Shown: one piece after another, positions 44,945 to 53,179 of the stretch
Position numbering within the stretch: the first letter of the stretch is position 1
Layout of the letters: each line of letters begins with the position of its first letter
DNA from: a virus
Taxonomy: Duplodnaviria; Caudoviricetes
Length of the DNA stretch: 57,458 nucleotides
IMG/VR virus record: IMGVR_UViG_3300047311_000444
Location: 1 to 57,458 of that record
Reading direction: 5' to 3' (one strand)
Translations under genes and position numbers: made by a program
Notes under the pieces: model-generated
Seen by the model: only the letters and a program-made list of their open reading frames with translations
Told to the model about the DNA's origin: nothing
The model's database searches: none

Positions 44945-46092
44945 AAAGTGTCGATTGATTCCTGAGCCCGCTTCTCTTCAATGAAGGGCTGCAACTGTCC
45001 GCGCACGAAACCGTCCGCGACCTTTTTCGCCCAGCCCTGATCTCTCCGGAGCGCGTCCACCAGTTCACCCTTTGAAAACGACAACGAGGCCCACAACTCT
45101 GCCTCTGAAATGTTATACTTCTGCCGCAGGAAATCAAATGCCTCCTTGGTCTTGACGATCGGGTCCAGTCGTCGGCCTGGAACCTTGGTGAGCCCTATCG
45201 CTGTCAGGTCCTCGTCGCTCAGCGTCTTCAGTCTCGCCTTGACTGACTCCAGAATCTTGACGATCACTCCAGCACGGCGATGAACAAGCGCGAGGTCCTC
45301 GTTCGTCATCTGCTCCACCAGGAATGCAATGTCCTTTGGCGAGGCCACGTTGATCTTCTGATTGACGACGCTGGGGAGTAGAGCCCACGCAGCGGCCTCG
45401 CGGCAGATGGATTTGCACGGACAGTAATTGCAGTGATTCCCAGCAACACGCTGGGCATCGGGCTGCTTGGATAACCAGACCGCTTGAAAGATCGCCTCCT
45501 GAGACTTCTCCAGATCGCTCGGGAAGTAGTCCGTGAAGTCGAGTCGATCACTTGTCGCGATCGGTTTGACGAAGCCCACGCGCACGCTCTGCACGCCGTT
45601 GTGCTCCCTCCAGATCAAAACACCTTGGACTCGTAACTGCCAATTGCGTTGCGACGGTGTGAGATTCCAGGACCAGCCCGTTTTCCAGTCGCAGATCAAA
45701 ACGTGGAGCGCGTCGTCCGCGTCCCAACCCAAGTAGTGAACGTCCAACTTGGCTGACACTGCACGTTCCGCGCTGTCATCGTGAAGCCAGAGGCGAAGCT
45801 CTCGGGCACCCTCTTCGTAGCGAACGAGGTTCATCTGGGAACGCCACGCCGCAATGAGCTTTTCCTCGTACTCACGTCCCGCCGTGTAAATTTCGAACTC
45901 GTCCAGATCAAGCTCCACAGCGCTTTCCGTCTCCCGCGCTTTGTGGATTCGCTCGCCCACGGGGGCAAGGTCGTCTACGACTTCGACGACATTGTCCGGC
46001 AGTTCCGCCTTGAGATTTGGCTGGCCTGGGCAGGCGACTACGATCTCGAAGGACGAAGCGCTGGGGAGGTCGAGTCGCTCAAGGTCTTTCAT
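44941..46092 (-). CDS. PD-(D/E)XK Cas4-like/DUF2800-type exonuclease
   Basis: SASS...CPG, G.RIH, E, D, DWKTG, QL, GNHCNYCPCKSIC. Confidence 0.8.
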   Translation of the reverse strand: MKDLERLDLPSASSFEIVVACPGQPNLKAELPDNVVEVVDDLAPVGERIHKARETESAVELDLDEFEIYTAGREYEEKLIAAWRSQMNLVRYEEGARELRLWLHDDSAERAVSAKLDVHYLGWDADDALHVLICDWKTGWSWNLTPSQRNWQLRVQGVLIWREHNGVQSVRVGFVKPIATSDRLDFTDYFPSDLEKSQEAIFQAVWLSKQPDAQRVAGNHCNYCPCKSICREAAAWALLPSVVNQKINVASPKDIAFLVEQMTNEDLALVHRRAGVIVKILESVKARLKTLSDEDLTAIGLTKVPGRRLDPIVKTKEAFDFLRQKYNISEAELWASLSFSKGELVDALRRDQGWAKKVADGFVRGQLQPFIEEKRAQESIDTL

Positions 46093-46382
46093 TTCTTGCC
46101 CTTGGCCTTCGGCTTGAAATTATCCCAACCCGACGACGGCGACTCCTCCATGTCTCCATTCTTCCAGTCCTGCGCTTCGATAATTGAGCTTTGCTCGCCA
46201 TCGTCATAGTCCTGCAAAAATTCGTCCGTCGTCGTGTCTATGTCGCCTTTCAGGTATTCAATCTGAAAGTCCACCTTCTTCCAGTTGTCATCACCAAATG
46301 CGGTGAAGTGTGGAATGTAGGACTTGCACGCCTTCAGCGCTTTGATTTCGGCGTCGATTTCGGCTTGGGTTTTTTCGCTCAT
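46089..46382 (-). CDS. Acidic hypothetical protein
   Basis: KTQAEIDAEIKALK...TAFGDDN. Confidence 0.65.
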   Translation of the reverse strand: MSEKTQAEIDAEIKALKACKSYIPHFTAFGDDNWKKVDFQIEYLKGDIDTTTDEFLQDYDDGEQSSIIEAQDWKNGDMEESPSSGWDNFKPKAKGKK

Positions 46383-46386
46383 AGAA

Positions 46387-47013
46387 TCATGGCACAAAGC
46401 CGATCAACCGCAGCGGGTACGGTCCTGACGGCAGGTTGGTTGGAAAATAGATCGTGAAACGGTACGCGGAACTCACTGGCGGGAATGGCACCGTGACGGA
46501 CCCGGCGCCGCAGCCGGTGTCACCGAATCTGCCCGCGTAAATAAACTTCGTGTCCGTTCGACCAGTCCCGTCCGTGGCGACAAAGATGGTCGTGTTGTTC
46601 GTGTCCGGATTCCAGCCGAACGCTGGCGCGCTCTTGATGTAGTTGGCAAGACCGATGTAGGAGCCGGGGCAACTTCCCACGTTGTTCACGTCCGGAATCG
46701 GCACAGACCAGACCAGAAAACCGTCCTCCTGCTTGCCCTGATAAAACGCTGCGTTGGTCGACACGGGAAGAACGTCCGACACGAAAAGCTCCGCGCCGTC
46801 CGCTCCGATGAAGTTGGTGCCCACCAAGACAGTGTTCGTGCTTGTTAAATCAAAGCGTCGATAGACCCCGTAAATGTGATTCGAGTCAGTGCCCGACACG
46901 CCCAGGGTGACGGTTCGCAGGCCAGCACTATCCTGGAAGGAAGCAACGCGGATTGTGAAGTCGTCGGCAAGGAGCAACGACGGAGCGAGGATTAGGGCAG
47001 CGGCAAGTTTCAT
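46387..47013 (-). CDS. Secreted beta-rich protein
   Basis: MKLAAALILAPSLLLA signal; YGVYRRFDLTSTN...TNAAFY. Confidence 0.65.
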   Translation of the reverse strand: MKLAAALILAPSLLLADDFTIRVASFQDSAGLRTVTLGVSGTDSNHIYGVYRRFDLTSTNTVLVGTNFIGADGAELFVSDVLPVSTNAAFYQGKQEDGFLVWSVPIPDVNNVGSCPGSYIGLANYIKSAPAFGWNPDTNNTTIFVATDGTGRTDTKFIYAGRFGDTGCGAGSVTVPFPPVSSAYRFTIYFPTNLPSGPYPLRLIGFVP

Positions 47014-47270
47014 GCGGTAATGGATTTTTGGGGATCGTCTTCGAACAATTTTATCGGGAGGTAGCCAGCAGCAGCATCGGCGCGCTCGGCGACGTACACC
47101 GCAACCAAATGTTGCTTCTTGCCGCACCCTCCGCACTGAAAAGTAAACGGCGCAGCCTTGTCTCGCGCAATCTGGTACTCAGTCCCCAGACCGATCTCGT
47201 CCCTGAGTGCGCGAAATCCACACGGACAGAGACTCAGACGCTTGAGCGTAACCTTTTCCAATTCCGCCAT
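47010..47270 (-). CDS. Zn-finger protein
   Basis: CPCG...CGGCG. Confidence 0.6.
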   Translation of the reverse strand: MAELEKVTLKRLSLCPCGFRALRDEIGLGTEYQIARDKAAPFTFQCGGCGKKQHLVAVYVAERADAAAGYLPIKLFEDDPQKSITA

Positions 47271-47273
47271 AAA

Positions 47274-48482
47274 TCACCCCCTGATCTTCGGCAGGATGTT
47301 GTGGAAGCCCTTCGCCAGCGTGAGCAGTTTCGCGTCGGATAACTCGCCCAGTTTCTTGTTCGCGGCCTTGGCGATGTTGTTGGCGCGGCAGTATCCCATG
47401 ATCTGCTCCTCAGTGACGCCGGATTTGGCCATTAAAAGTCGGAGAGACTGGAGCGCTTCCGTTTCATTCGTGTTTGCGTTCGGAACGGAAGCAGGAGGGG
47501 AGGGTGCTCCAGTCTCAGCCGGTGAGCCCACGGACGGAGCGGGTTCAGGCTCCGTTTTGGAGGGTGTGGGCTCAGGATTCGGGGTGTTGGCCGCGGCTGC
47601 CGTGGCTGAGGCAGGCGTTTCGGGGGCTGCCGGTGTCTTCGGAGCCTCCTTTTGCTCTGCGGGCTGCGGCGGGGCCTGCGGCGGCTTCTCGGCAGATTTT
47701 GCCTGTTCGGTCGTGGTTGTGGTGGACGCTGTACGCCCGCCGACCTCGGGAGTCTTGGCCGCGACCGGGAAAGCCTCTTCAACGGTCGTGTCCTGTTCAT
47801 TGATCGCGGTCTTCAGTCCGGTGAGCACCAGCAGTTGATCGTCGGTGACTTCGCTCCAGCCTTTGACGCCCAGGACCGCAAATACCCGATCGTCCGAAAC
47901 CTTGATTTGCTTCAACCACTGCCTTGCACGGTCCCGGCGCTGCTCGATCGTGGCAACCTCTTTGTTGATCACTGCACGGGCGGCTTCGATGATGGATTTG
48001 CAGAGGGCCTTCGGGACGACCTTGAAGACTGCATCCCGGTAAGCCTTCGCGAGACATGCCTTGGCGACAACTGCACGCTGCGATTCGGAGTAAGGGGTCC
48101 CATCAGTCTTTACGGTTGGCTCAATGCACTCGGACTTCCCTGCGTAGTTGCTCTCCAGGTCGTGGGCAACTCCTTCGCACTTCACATAGCGGGGGGTCTG
48201 CTCAATGATTCGAGACGCAACACGCAGGTTGCCGTAGCACGCGGCAACGATCTCAGCAAAACGAATGCTGGCGCCCTCGGCAGTCTTGCCGCCTCCGACC
48301 GGACGGGAGTAGATGCAACTCTCAGCAGTTTGCAGGTCCAGAGTCGCCATGTTGTGGGCTCGCTTTTTAAACATTTCCAGACTGCGAGGGTAAGCGTGCG
48401 CCGTCGCTACCTGGGAATCAATCTGCGCTCGTTCAATTGAGGTAATGACGGAGGGTGCGAGGAATTCGAGTTCGTTGCTCAT
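47274..48482 (-). CDS. Putative single-strand annealing/recombination protein
   Basis: QVATAHAYPRS..., EGASIRFAE...YGN core, P/A/T-rich linker; near exonuclease. Confidence 0.55.
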   Translation of the reverse strand: MSNELEFLAPSVITSIERAQIDSQVATAHAYPRSLEMFKKRAHNMATLDLQTAESCIYSRPVGGGKTAEGASIRFAEIVAACYGNLRVASRIIEQTPRYVKCEGVAHDLESNYAGKSECIEPTVKTDGTPYSESQRAVVAKACLAKAYRDAVFKVVPKALCKSIIEAARAVINKEVATIEQRRDRARQWLKQIKVSDDRVFAVLGVKGWSEVTDDQLLVLTGLKTAINEQDTTVEEAFPVAAKTPEVGGRTASTTTTTEQAKSAEKPPQAPPQPAEQKEAPKTPAAPETPASATAAAANTPNPEPTPSKTEPEPAPSVGSPAETGAPSPPASVPNANTNETEALQSLRLLMAKSGVTEEQIMGYCRANNIAKAANKKLGELSDAKLLTLAKGFHNILPKIRG

Positions 48483-48485
48483 AAT

Positions 48486-48794
48486 TTACTTGAGAGTATC
48501 GGCTAGGACCTTGGACAACGGCTGTCCATTGCTCAACTTTTCCCGGAACGTGCGCTCGGGCACACCAAGCTTTTTCGCCCACTCAGCGATCGTCCTGGTC
48601 TCACAGCCGCACACGATGACACGAATCCCTTGGCTGTTCGTCCTGAGCTTCGCGTCGGCGAAGCGCTTGATGTTCCGTGCACGACTGGAAGCTTTGCCCG
48701 CTCTGCTCTTCTGGGCTTTGCTTCCCGCCTTGCCGCCAATGCTGCCGATCTTCTGAAACCACTTGCGGAGATTTGAGGGTGCGTTGATTGACAT
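48486..48794 (-). CDS. DNA-binding protein (KGG-like + HTH), repressor candidate
   Basis: IGSIGGKAGS; TIAEWAKKLGVPERTFREKL; own promoter. Confidence 0.55.
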   Translation of the reverse strand: MSINAPSNLRKWFQKIGSIGGKAGSKAQKSRAGKASSRARNIKRFADAKLRTNSQGIRVIVCGCETRTIAEWAKKLGVPERTFREKLSNGQPLSKVLADTLK

Positions 48795-48807
48795 ATCGTG
48801 GGGCAAG

Positions 48808-48836
48808 AAACTAGCCAGTTGTTCAATCGGTGTCAA
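48808..48836 (-). promoter_or_regulatory. Sigma70-like promoter
   Basis: TTGACA-17-TAGTTT, 13 nt before ATG 48794. Confidence 0.6.
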
Positions 48837-49071
48837 CAAGTTTGTTGTTCATGCGCTCCGACTCTCGCTTCAGGTCCATAAACCTACGGACGGCGCCGAT
48901 AAAATTCATGCCGTAAGGTCTGTGCTTCCAGTGCGCCCAAGCCATGTGTAGGTGACGACATAGCCCGCAGAATGGCCCCTGCTTGTTCACCTTAGCGGCA
49001 TTCAGACTCTTCAGAGCATCCGTGTCGTTGCACTCCCACTTGTAGCCGCAGAGATCGCAGGTGAGTTTCAT
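48823..49071 (-). CDS. Zn-finger protein
   Basis: CDLC...CGLC; ATGA coupling. Confidence 0.6.
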   Translation of the reverse strand: MKLTCDLCGYKWECNDTDALKSLNAAKVNKQGPFCGLCRHLHMAWAHWKHRPYGMNFIGAVRRFMDLKRESERMNNKLVDTD

Positions 49072-49655
49072 TTCATCGCGTGAATTATTGCGCCTTCCTG
49101 CGCTACTGCCATTTTGATTCCCAGGAGATGCCCATGGCAGCGGATATGCACGCAATCTCCGATGTCGCCAACTTCGCAAAGCTCGTCTCTGAACACTTCG
49201 GACCCATTCCGCGAGAGCCAGTGGTGCCAGTCGCCCTTCCTTGCATAGCAAGGGTCCTCAACTTCCCGGTATCGCTTCCTCAATTCTTCATCGCTGGACA
49301 GTAGCTCACGCAAGCGCTCCTGTGCCCTTCTCTGGTCCCAGCCGCGAAATCCCCTGCCCGTCTCAGAGGCACAGCACTTGCCCGCGAAGTAGTCCAGGTC
49401 ACAGCCTGCGAGGAATTCCCAAGTGAGCCAATCGCGCGGCCACGCATAGACCGCTTCGCCAATGTCACCGTGAACTGCGAGGACGTTGCGGTCGATTAAG
49501 TACCGGCAGCAGTAAACGCCGCTCCCCGGATTCATCCACGTGAGGGTTTGCACGGTGTTTTGAGAGTCCAGCCCAAGCCGGGTGAACTGAGCGGCGTGAT
49601 TAGGAAACCACTCCTTGCGGATTTGATCTGCTTGCTGTTCGAGTGTGTTGTTCAT
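49068..49655 (-). CDS. Phage hypothetical protein
   Basis: LAVHGDIGEAVY..DLDYFAGK..ASE. Confidence 0.7.
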   Translation of the reverse strand: MNNTLEQQADQIRKEWFPNHAAQFTRLGLDSQNTVQTLTWMNPGSGVYCCRYLIDRNVLAVHGDIGEAVYAWPRDWLTWEFLAGCDLDYFAGKCCASETGRGFRGWDQRRAQERLRELLSSDEELRKRYREVEDPCYARKGDWHHWLSRNGSEVFRDELCEVGDIGDCVHIRCHGHLLGIKMAVAQEGAIIHAMK

Positions 49656-49852
49656 GTGTCTATTCCTTTGAGACTTGATTTGTATGTCCTGCCAATAACC
49701 CAATACAGAGCGCGGAGTTTTGACTCCACAGAAATTTGCTGTAATGCGCGAGGGGCATTTATAGGAACTGAGGCCAAGCTCCCGGTAAGAATGTGAACGT
49801 TATCGTACTCGATCTGATCTATCTCGCGTTTAATTTCCGCTTCGCTTCTCAT
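49652..49852 (-). CDS. Hypothetical protein
   Basis: MRSEAEI...ALYWVIG; coupled. Confidence 0.6.
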   Translation of the reverse strand: MRSEAEIKREIDQIEYDNVHILTGSLASVPINAPRALQQISVESKLRALYWVIGRTYKSSLKGIDT

Positions 49853-50181
49853 AAATTCATTTCCTTGCACTTCTCCTCCCATGCTTCATCGGTCGCTGCA
49901 CGAAGCAGGCCGATTGCACGAAAGAATTCAAGTTGCACGTTGCGGGCTCCTCGGCACAGCCGTTCGGGTCCGGTGGACTTCACGGGGATTGCGTCCTGCG
50001 TGCCGGTGGAGTGGCAAATCCTGGAAGCTTCGGAGAGAGCGCTCATGCCTAACTCTGTGCGGAGGTATTCGTAGGGTGATCCTTCTCTCCAAGGGCAGGT
50101 CTTGCACATTTCCTGCATGACGGGGGCACGCTTGCTCGTCACAGGCTTACCGCCCCAGCAATTTCCGTGAGGGTATTTCAT
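49849..50181 (-). CDS. CxxCP...CH...C Zn-binding protein
   Basis: CKTCPWR, ICHST, LCRG. Confidence 0.65.
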   Translation of the reverse strand: MKYPHGNCWGGKPVTSKRAPVMQEMCKTCPWREGSPYEYLRTELGMSALSEASRICHSTGTQDAIPVKSTGPERLCRGARNVQLEFFRAIGLLRAATDEAWEEKCKEMNL

Positions 50182-50582
50182 CGCGGGGTCTCCTTCAATT
50201 GCATTCGAACTTGCGGGTTGTTCAATTCGGTTAAGGCCAATGCACGAACCTTTTCGGGCGTGAGATACCGCTGCACGATTTCGATCTGCAAGCCGGTGTG
50301 GTGTGCGTAGAACTCCGCCAGCGATTCGAAAGCGTCCGGACCCGGAGGGAGGGAAAGCAATGCACGGGGCACCTGCACGCCCAGGTTGGCGCGCATGATC
50401 GCGGCGCCAGCGCACTGCGAAACTTCATTGACGTTCGTTTCCTTGCCCCGGTAGTTCGCGGAGCAATGGCAGGGCAGCCAGAACGGGAGCACGATTTGCC
50501 CCACGTAGACTTCCGGGGCGGACCCGCCCAGGTTGCCGGGTTCAATCGTCCGGCTGAACGGACATTCTTTGCAGGGCTTCAT
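50178..50582 (-). CDS. CxxCP...CH...C Zn-binding protein (DUF6283-like)
   Basis: PCKECPFSR, PCH, QCAG. Confidence 0.65.
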   Translation of the reverse strand: MKPCKECPFSRTIEPGNLGGSAPEVYVGQIVLPFWLPCHCSANYRGKETNVNEVSQCAGAAIMRANLGVQVPRALLSLPPGPDAFESLAEFYAHHTGLQIEIVQRYLTPEKVRALALTELNNPQVRMQLKETPR

Positions 50583-50635
50583 TGTTTCAAATCACCTGGG
50601 CGAGCGCGCAGAACGCTGCCCAGGTCCGGGGCGGT

Positions 50636-51577
50636 TTAAGCAACGGCTGCGGCTGGGGTCTCGCTGTCCTCGCTGAAATCGAATCGGCGGGCGGGCCTCT
50701 CCGTGATCATCTTTTCAAGCTCGCCTTGAATTTTTACGAATTGCTCGCGAGTCGTGTCCTTGACGCTGGCGAATTCGCGAAGCTTCTGGGGTGTGACTCC
50801 CTCAAGGACGGTCTTCGCTTGCGCTACCAATTGCGCAAGCTCTACGTCCCCCATCATATTGCGCTGGCTGAACGTATCAATGAATTGTTGAATGTTCCCG
50901 ATCATCGAATCACGGAAGACCTTGGGCTTTTCCCCAGGTTCAACAGCAAGCTTGCTAACAGCGTGCGAGAGTAATTCCTTGAACCCCTCACGGAGCGCTT
51001 GCAAAATCTGCTCGCCAGCATCCGCGAATTGCTTTTCCATTTTGTCTTGCTCCGCTTGCCGCAACTCTTCCGGCAACCCTTCCGGAACACTAAAGGCAAT
51101 CCAGTTCCACGATATTTCGAACATGCCGGAAAGTTCCTTCACGCTGGGATAGTCGCTCGCGTTGAATTGCTCCCCAAGCTTGCCCTTTGCCTCTTCAATC
51201 TTCGCGGGGAACACCGCAACAAGATTGTTCGTCAAAACGGCAAGCTCAGTCTGGGCTTTCCGCATGCGGGCTTCAATGGCTGCAATGCCGTCCTTGCCTA
51301 CAAGTTGAAAGCCCGTCTTGAAAAAGGAGGGAACGGTTTGCTCATAAATCCACTTTTGCAGCCCGCCCAGGAAAGTGCAAATGTCCTCGTATTCTTTGGC
51401 TTTGATTAGTTCCTTGGTTAAGTGCAAGCGCTCTTTCGTTTGCTTGTCCTGGGTTGCGTCCTCGTTCGTTGTGATCTTCGCCATGTTACCTTTGCGGCGA
51501 TTCCCCCAGCGGCAAAACGTAGTAGTGAAGCCCACAGCGTTTTTGAAGCGGTCAAGGTCAATTGTTTTCGTGCTCAT
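50636..51577 (-). CDS. DUF3150-like early protein
   Basis: WG..K, K.LI, F..SDYP, F...W...VP, KVFRDS..N...F..F...N. Confidence 0.6.
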   Translation of the reverse strand: MSTKTIDLDRFKNAVGFTTTFCRWGNRRKGNMAKITTNEDATQDKQTKERLHLTKELIKAKEYEDICTFLGGLQKWIYEQTVPSFFKTGFQLVGKDGIAAIEARMRKAQTELAVLTNNLVAVFPAKIEEAKGKLGEQFNASDYPSVKELSGMFEISWNWIAFSVPEGLPEELRQAEQDKMEKQFADAGEQILQALREGFKELLSHAVSKLAVEPGEKPKVFRDSMIGNIQQFIDTFSQRNMMGDVELAQLVAQAKTVLEGVTPQKLREFASVKDTTREQFVKIQGELEKMITERPARRFDFSEDSETPAAAVA

Positions 51578-51600
51578 TTGATTTTGTTCTGTAGGTGCCC

Positions 51601-51629
51601 AACTTAACGGGCGGCTTGTTCGTTGTCAA
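51601..51629 (-). promoter_or_regulatory. Early sigma70 promoter with operator
   Basis: TTGACA-ACGAACAAGCCGCCCGT-TAAGTT. Confidence 0.75.
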
Positions 51630-51783
51630 GCGGGTTTTCTATCTTCTGTTAAACCGCAAACGCTGCATTGGCGGCTGAACTTACGGACCCGCCAAACGTG
51701 ACGGGCGGGCTTGCAAACCCATTTCGAGACCCGTTGCCGCTTTGGGGGTTTGGGCTTGTGAAGCAATAATGACTTAAAAATTT

Positions 51784-52017
51784 TCAATTGTTTTGGAATG
51801 GCCCGCTGTGCCAGTAGTCTAATTGCTCCCGGACCTCGTTAAGCGCTTTGATTTCGGCGTCAACGGTTGCCTTGAGACTGGCGAGTGCGTCCGTTGCTCC
51901 CTCGTTTTCAACGGCGGCTTGCAAGCTCGCGAGCGCGCGGTTTTGCTCCGGGGTAAAGCTCAGGTTCGTTCGGAATAGGCTCAAGACTTCAAGAGCGCAA
52001 TCGTGGATTGTTCGCAT
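51784..52017 (-). CDS. Small coiled-coil protein
   Basis: ORF in operon. Confidence 0.5.
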   Translation of the reverse strand: MRTIHDCALEVLSLFRTNLSFTPEQNRALASLQAAVENEGATDALASLKATVDAEIKALNEVREQLDYWHSGPFQNN

Positions 52018-52397
52018 AAGATAACTCCGTTTTCGTCGACAATGCACCGCAAGGTCTCTTCTGCGGTCAACAGGTCAACGGGCAGGTTGTTTGTTCGGGT
52101 TAAAACTTGCTTAACTATCCGGTGCCAGCCGTCAATGATGACAAAGCCCGCCGGGGTTGTGGCGATAATTAGCGGCTTGTTCAAATCGGTTTGCATCGCA
52201 TAGGTAAAGCTCAACGTGCGGGCATGCGGATTTGACCTTATAGCCTGTGCCGCATCTGCGAGACCAAAGGGCAAAGCCGCTTGCGGTTGCGGTCTCGCTG
52301 CGATGATTTCCATAGCGCGCGGAATTAAAAAGCGCACAACTCCAAGGGGGCTTTCCCAGTGGTACACTTGCACCCGTTTGATTTCTGCAATGATCAT
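51981..52397 (-). CDS. ParB/sulfiredoxin-like domain protein
   Basis: PLII...IIDGWHRI. Confidence 0.65.
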   Translation of the reverse strand: MIIAEIKRVQVYHWESPLGVVRFLIPRAMEIIAARPQPQAALPFGLADAAQAIRSNPHARTLSFTYAMQTDLNKPLIIATTPAGFVIIDGWHRIVKQVLTRTNNLPVDLLTAEETLRCIVDENGVILCEQSTIALLKS

Positions 52398-52403
52398 AAG
52401 CGC

Positions 52404-52619
52404 TCAATGTGTGTGATGTTCCCCGCCGTGCTCATGATCATGCGAGTGCGTATGTCCGTGCGCGTGCGGCTTGCGCTTCCGCTCCACAGCCCCGCCCGCG
52501 AGTCTTGCCATGTCCCGCAAAAACGCTTCCGCGTTTGCATGGTTAGGCATTGAGACCTTGTCCGTGCTGGACTTAATTGTCCCGTCCGGAAGGATTTCGA
52601 TTTCAATCGTGTCGCTCAT
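52404..52619 (-). CDS. DUF2997-like small protein with His-rich tail
   Basis: IEIEILPDGTI; PHAHGHTHSHDHEHGGEHHTH. Confidence 0.6.
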   Translation of the reverse strand: MSDTIEIEILPDGTIKSSTDKVSMPNHANAEAFLRDMARLAGGAVERKRKPHAHGHTHSHDHEHGGEHHTH

Positions 52620-52622
52620 AAA

Positions 52623-52910
52623 TTAGTCAAAGTTGAATTTGCGTCCGGTGCCCCGCACAGGTTCAGGGCGGGTCCGGGTCGCTGTCGCTGGCATTGTTTC
52701 GCTGTACCGCTTAAAACTCTTCGCGTGCGCGTCCGCTTGCCCCAGGGCCACAAAGCGGACGTGCTTACAGGTCCGCACCGTGGCCCGCTTGAATTTCCAT
52801 CCTGGGCACTCGCAAGACGTGGACCCGTCAACGTAGAGCAAAGTCTGATAAACCTTGCCGGGAGCGCTCGAAGACTCAAAAAGCCAAACCGCTGCAATGT
52901 CCGATTTCAT
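52623..52910 (-). CDS. SWIM zinc-finger protein
   Basis: ESSS..GKVY...SCECPGW...CKH. Confidence 0.75.
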   Translation of the reverse strand: MKSDIAAVWLFESSSAPGKVYQTLLYVDGSTSCECPGWKFKRATVRTCKHVRFVALGQADAHAKSFKRYSETMPATATRTRPEPVRGTGRKFNFD

Positions 52911-53176
52911 CGGCGAATAACTTGGTATTTAAAAGGAGCGGTTTGCTTGAGCGTCCAGCCGTACTTGCGGGCTTGAGACTTCACAACTTCAGCGGAATAC
53001 GCTTGCCGGACTTGCTCCCTTATCGTGTCCACGTTTCCGGACCCGGAAATAACAAGCTCGCCGTTGACGTATTGAACAAAGCCCCCCATACCAAGGGCGT
53101 CAATGGCGAGCGCTGCCAGCGGAGGGTCAAGCTTGCCAATGTCCACTTGCATTGTCTGAATCGAATCACAGGGCAT
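52907..53176 (-). CDS. DUF1257/Ycf35-like small protein
   Basis: QAYSAEVVKSQARKYGW; directly after Ycf46-like ATPase. Confidence 0.55.
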   Translation of the reverse strand: MPCDSIQTMQVDIGKLDPPLAALAIDALGMGGFVQYVNGELVISGSGNVDTIREQVRQAYSAEVVKSQARKYGWTLKQTAPFKYQVIRR

Positions 53177-53179
53177 AAG

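Noticed and set aside
44941-46092. CRISPR-Cas system (Cas4-like nuclease)
   Set aside because: No repeat-spacer array or other cas genes; typical phage recombination exonuclease.
51981-52397. Plasmid-prophage partition system
   Set aside because: ParB-like catalytic domain only; no HTH, ParA or parS array seen.
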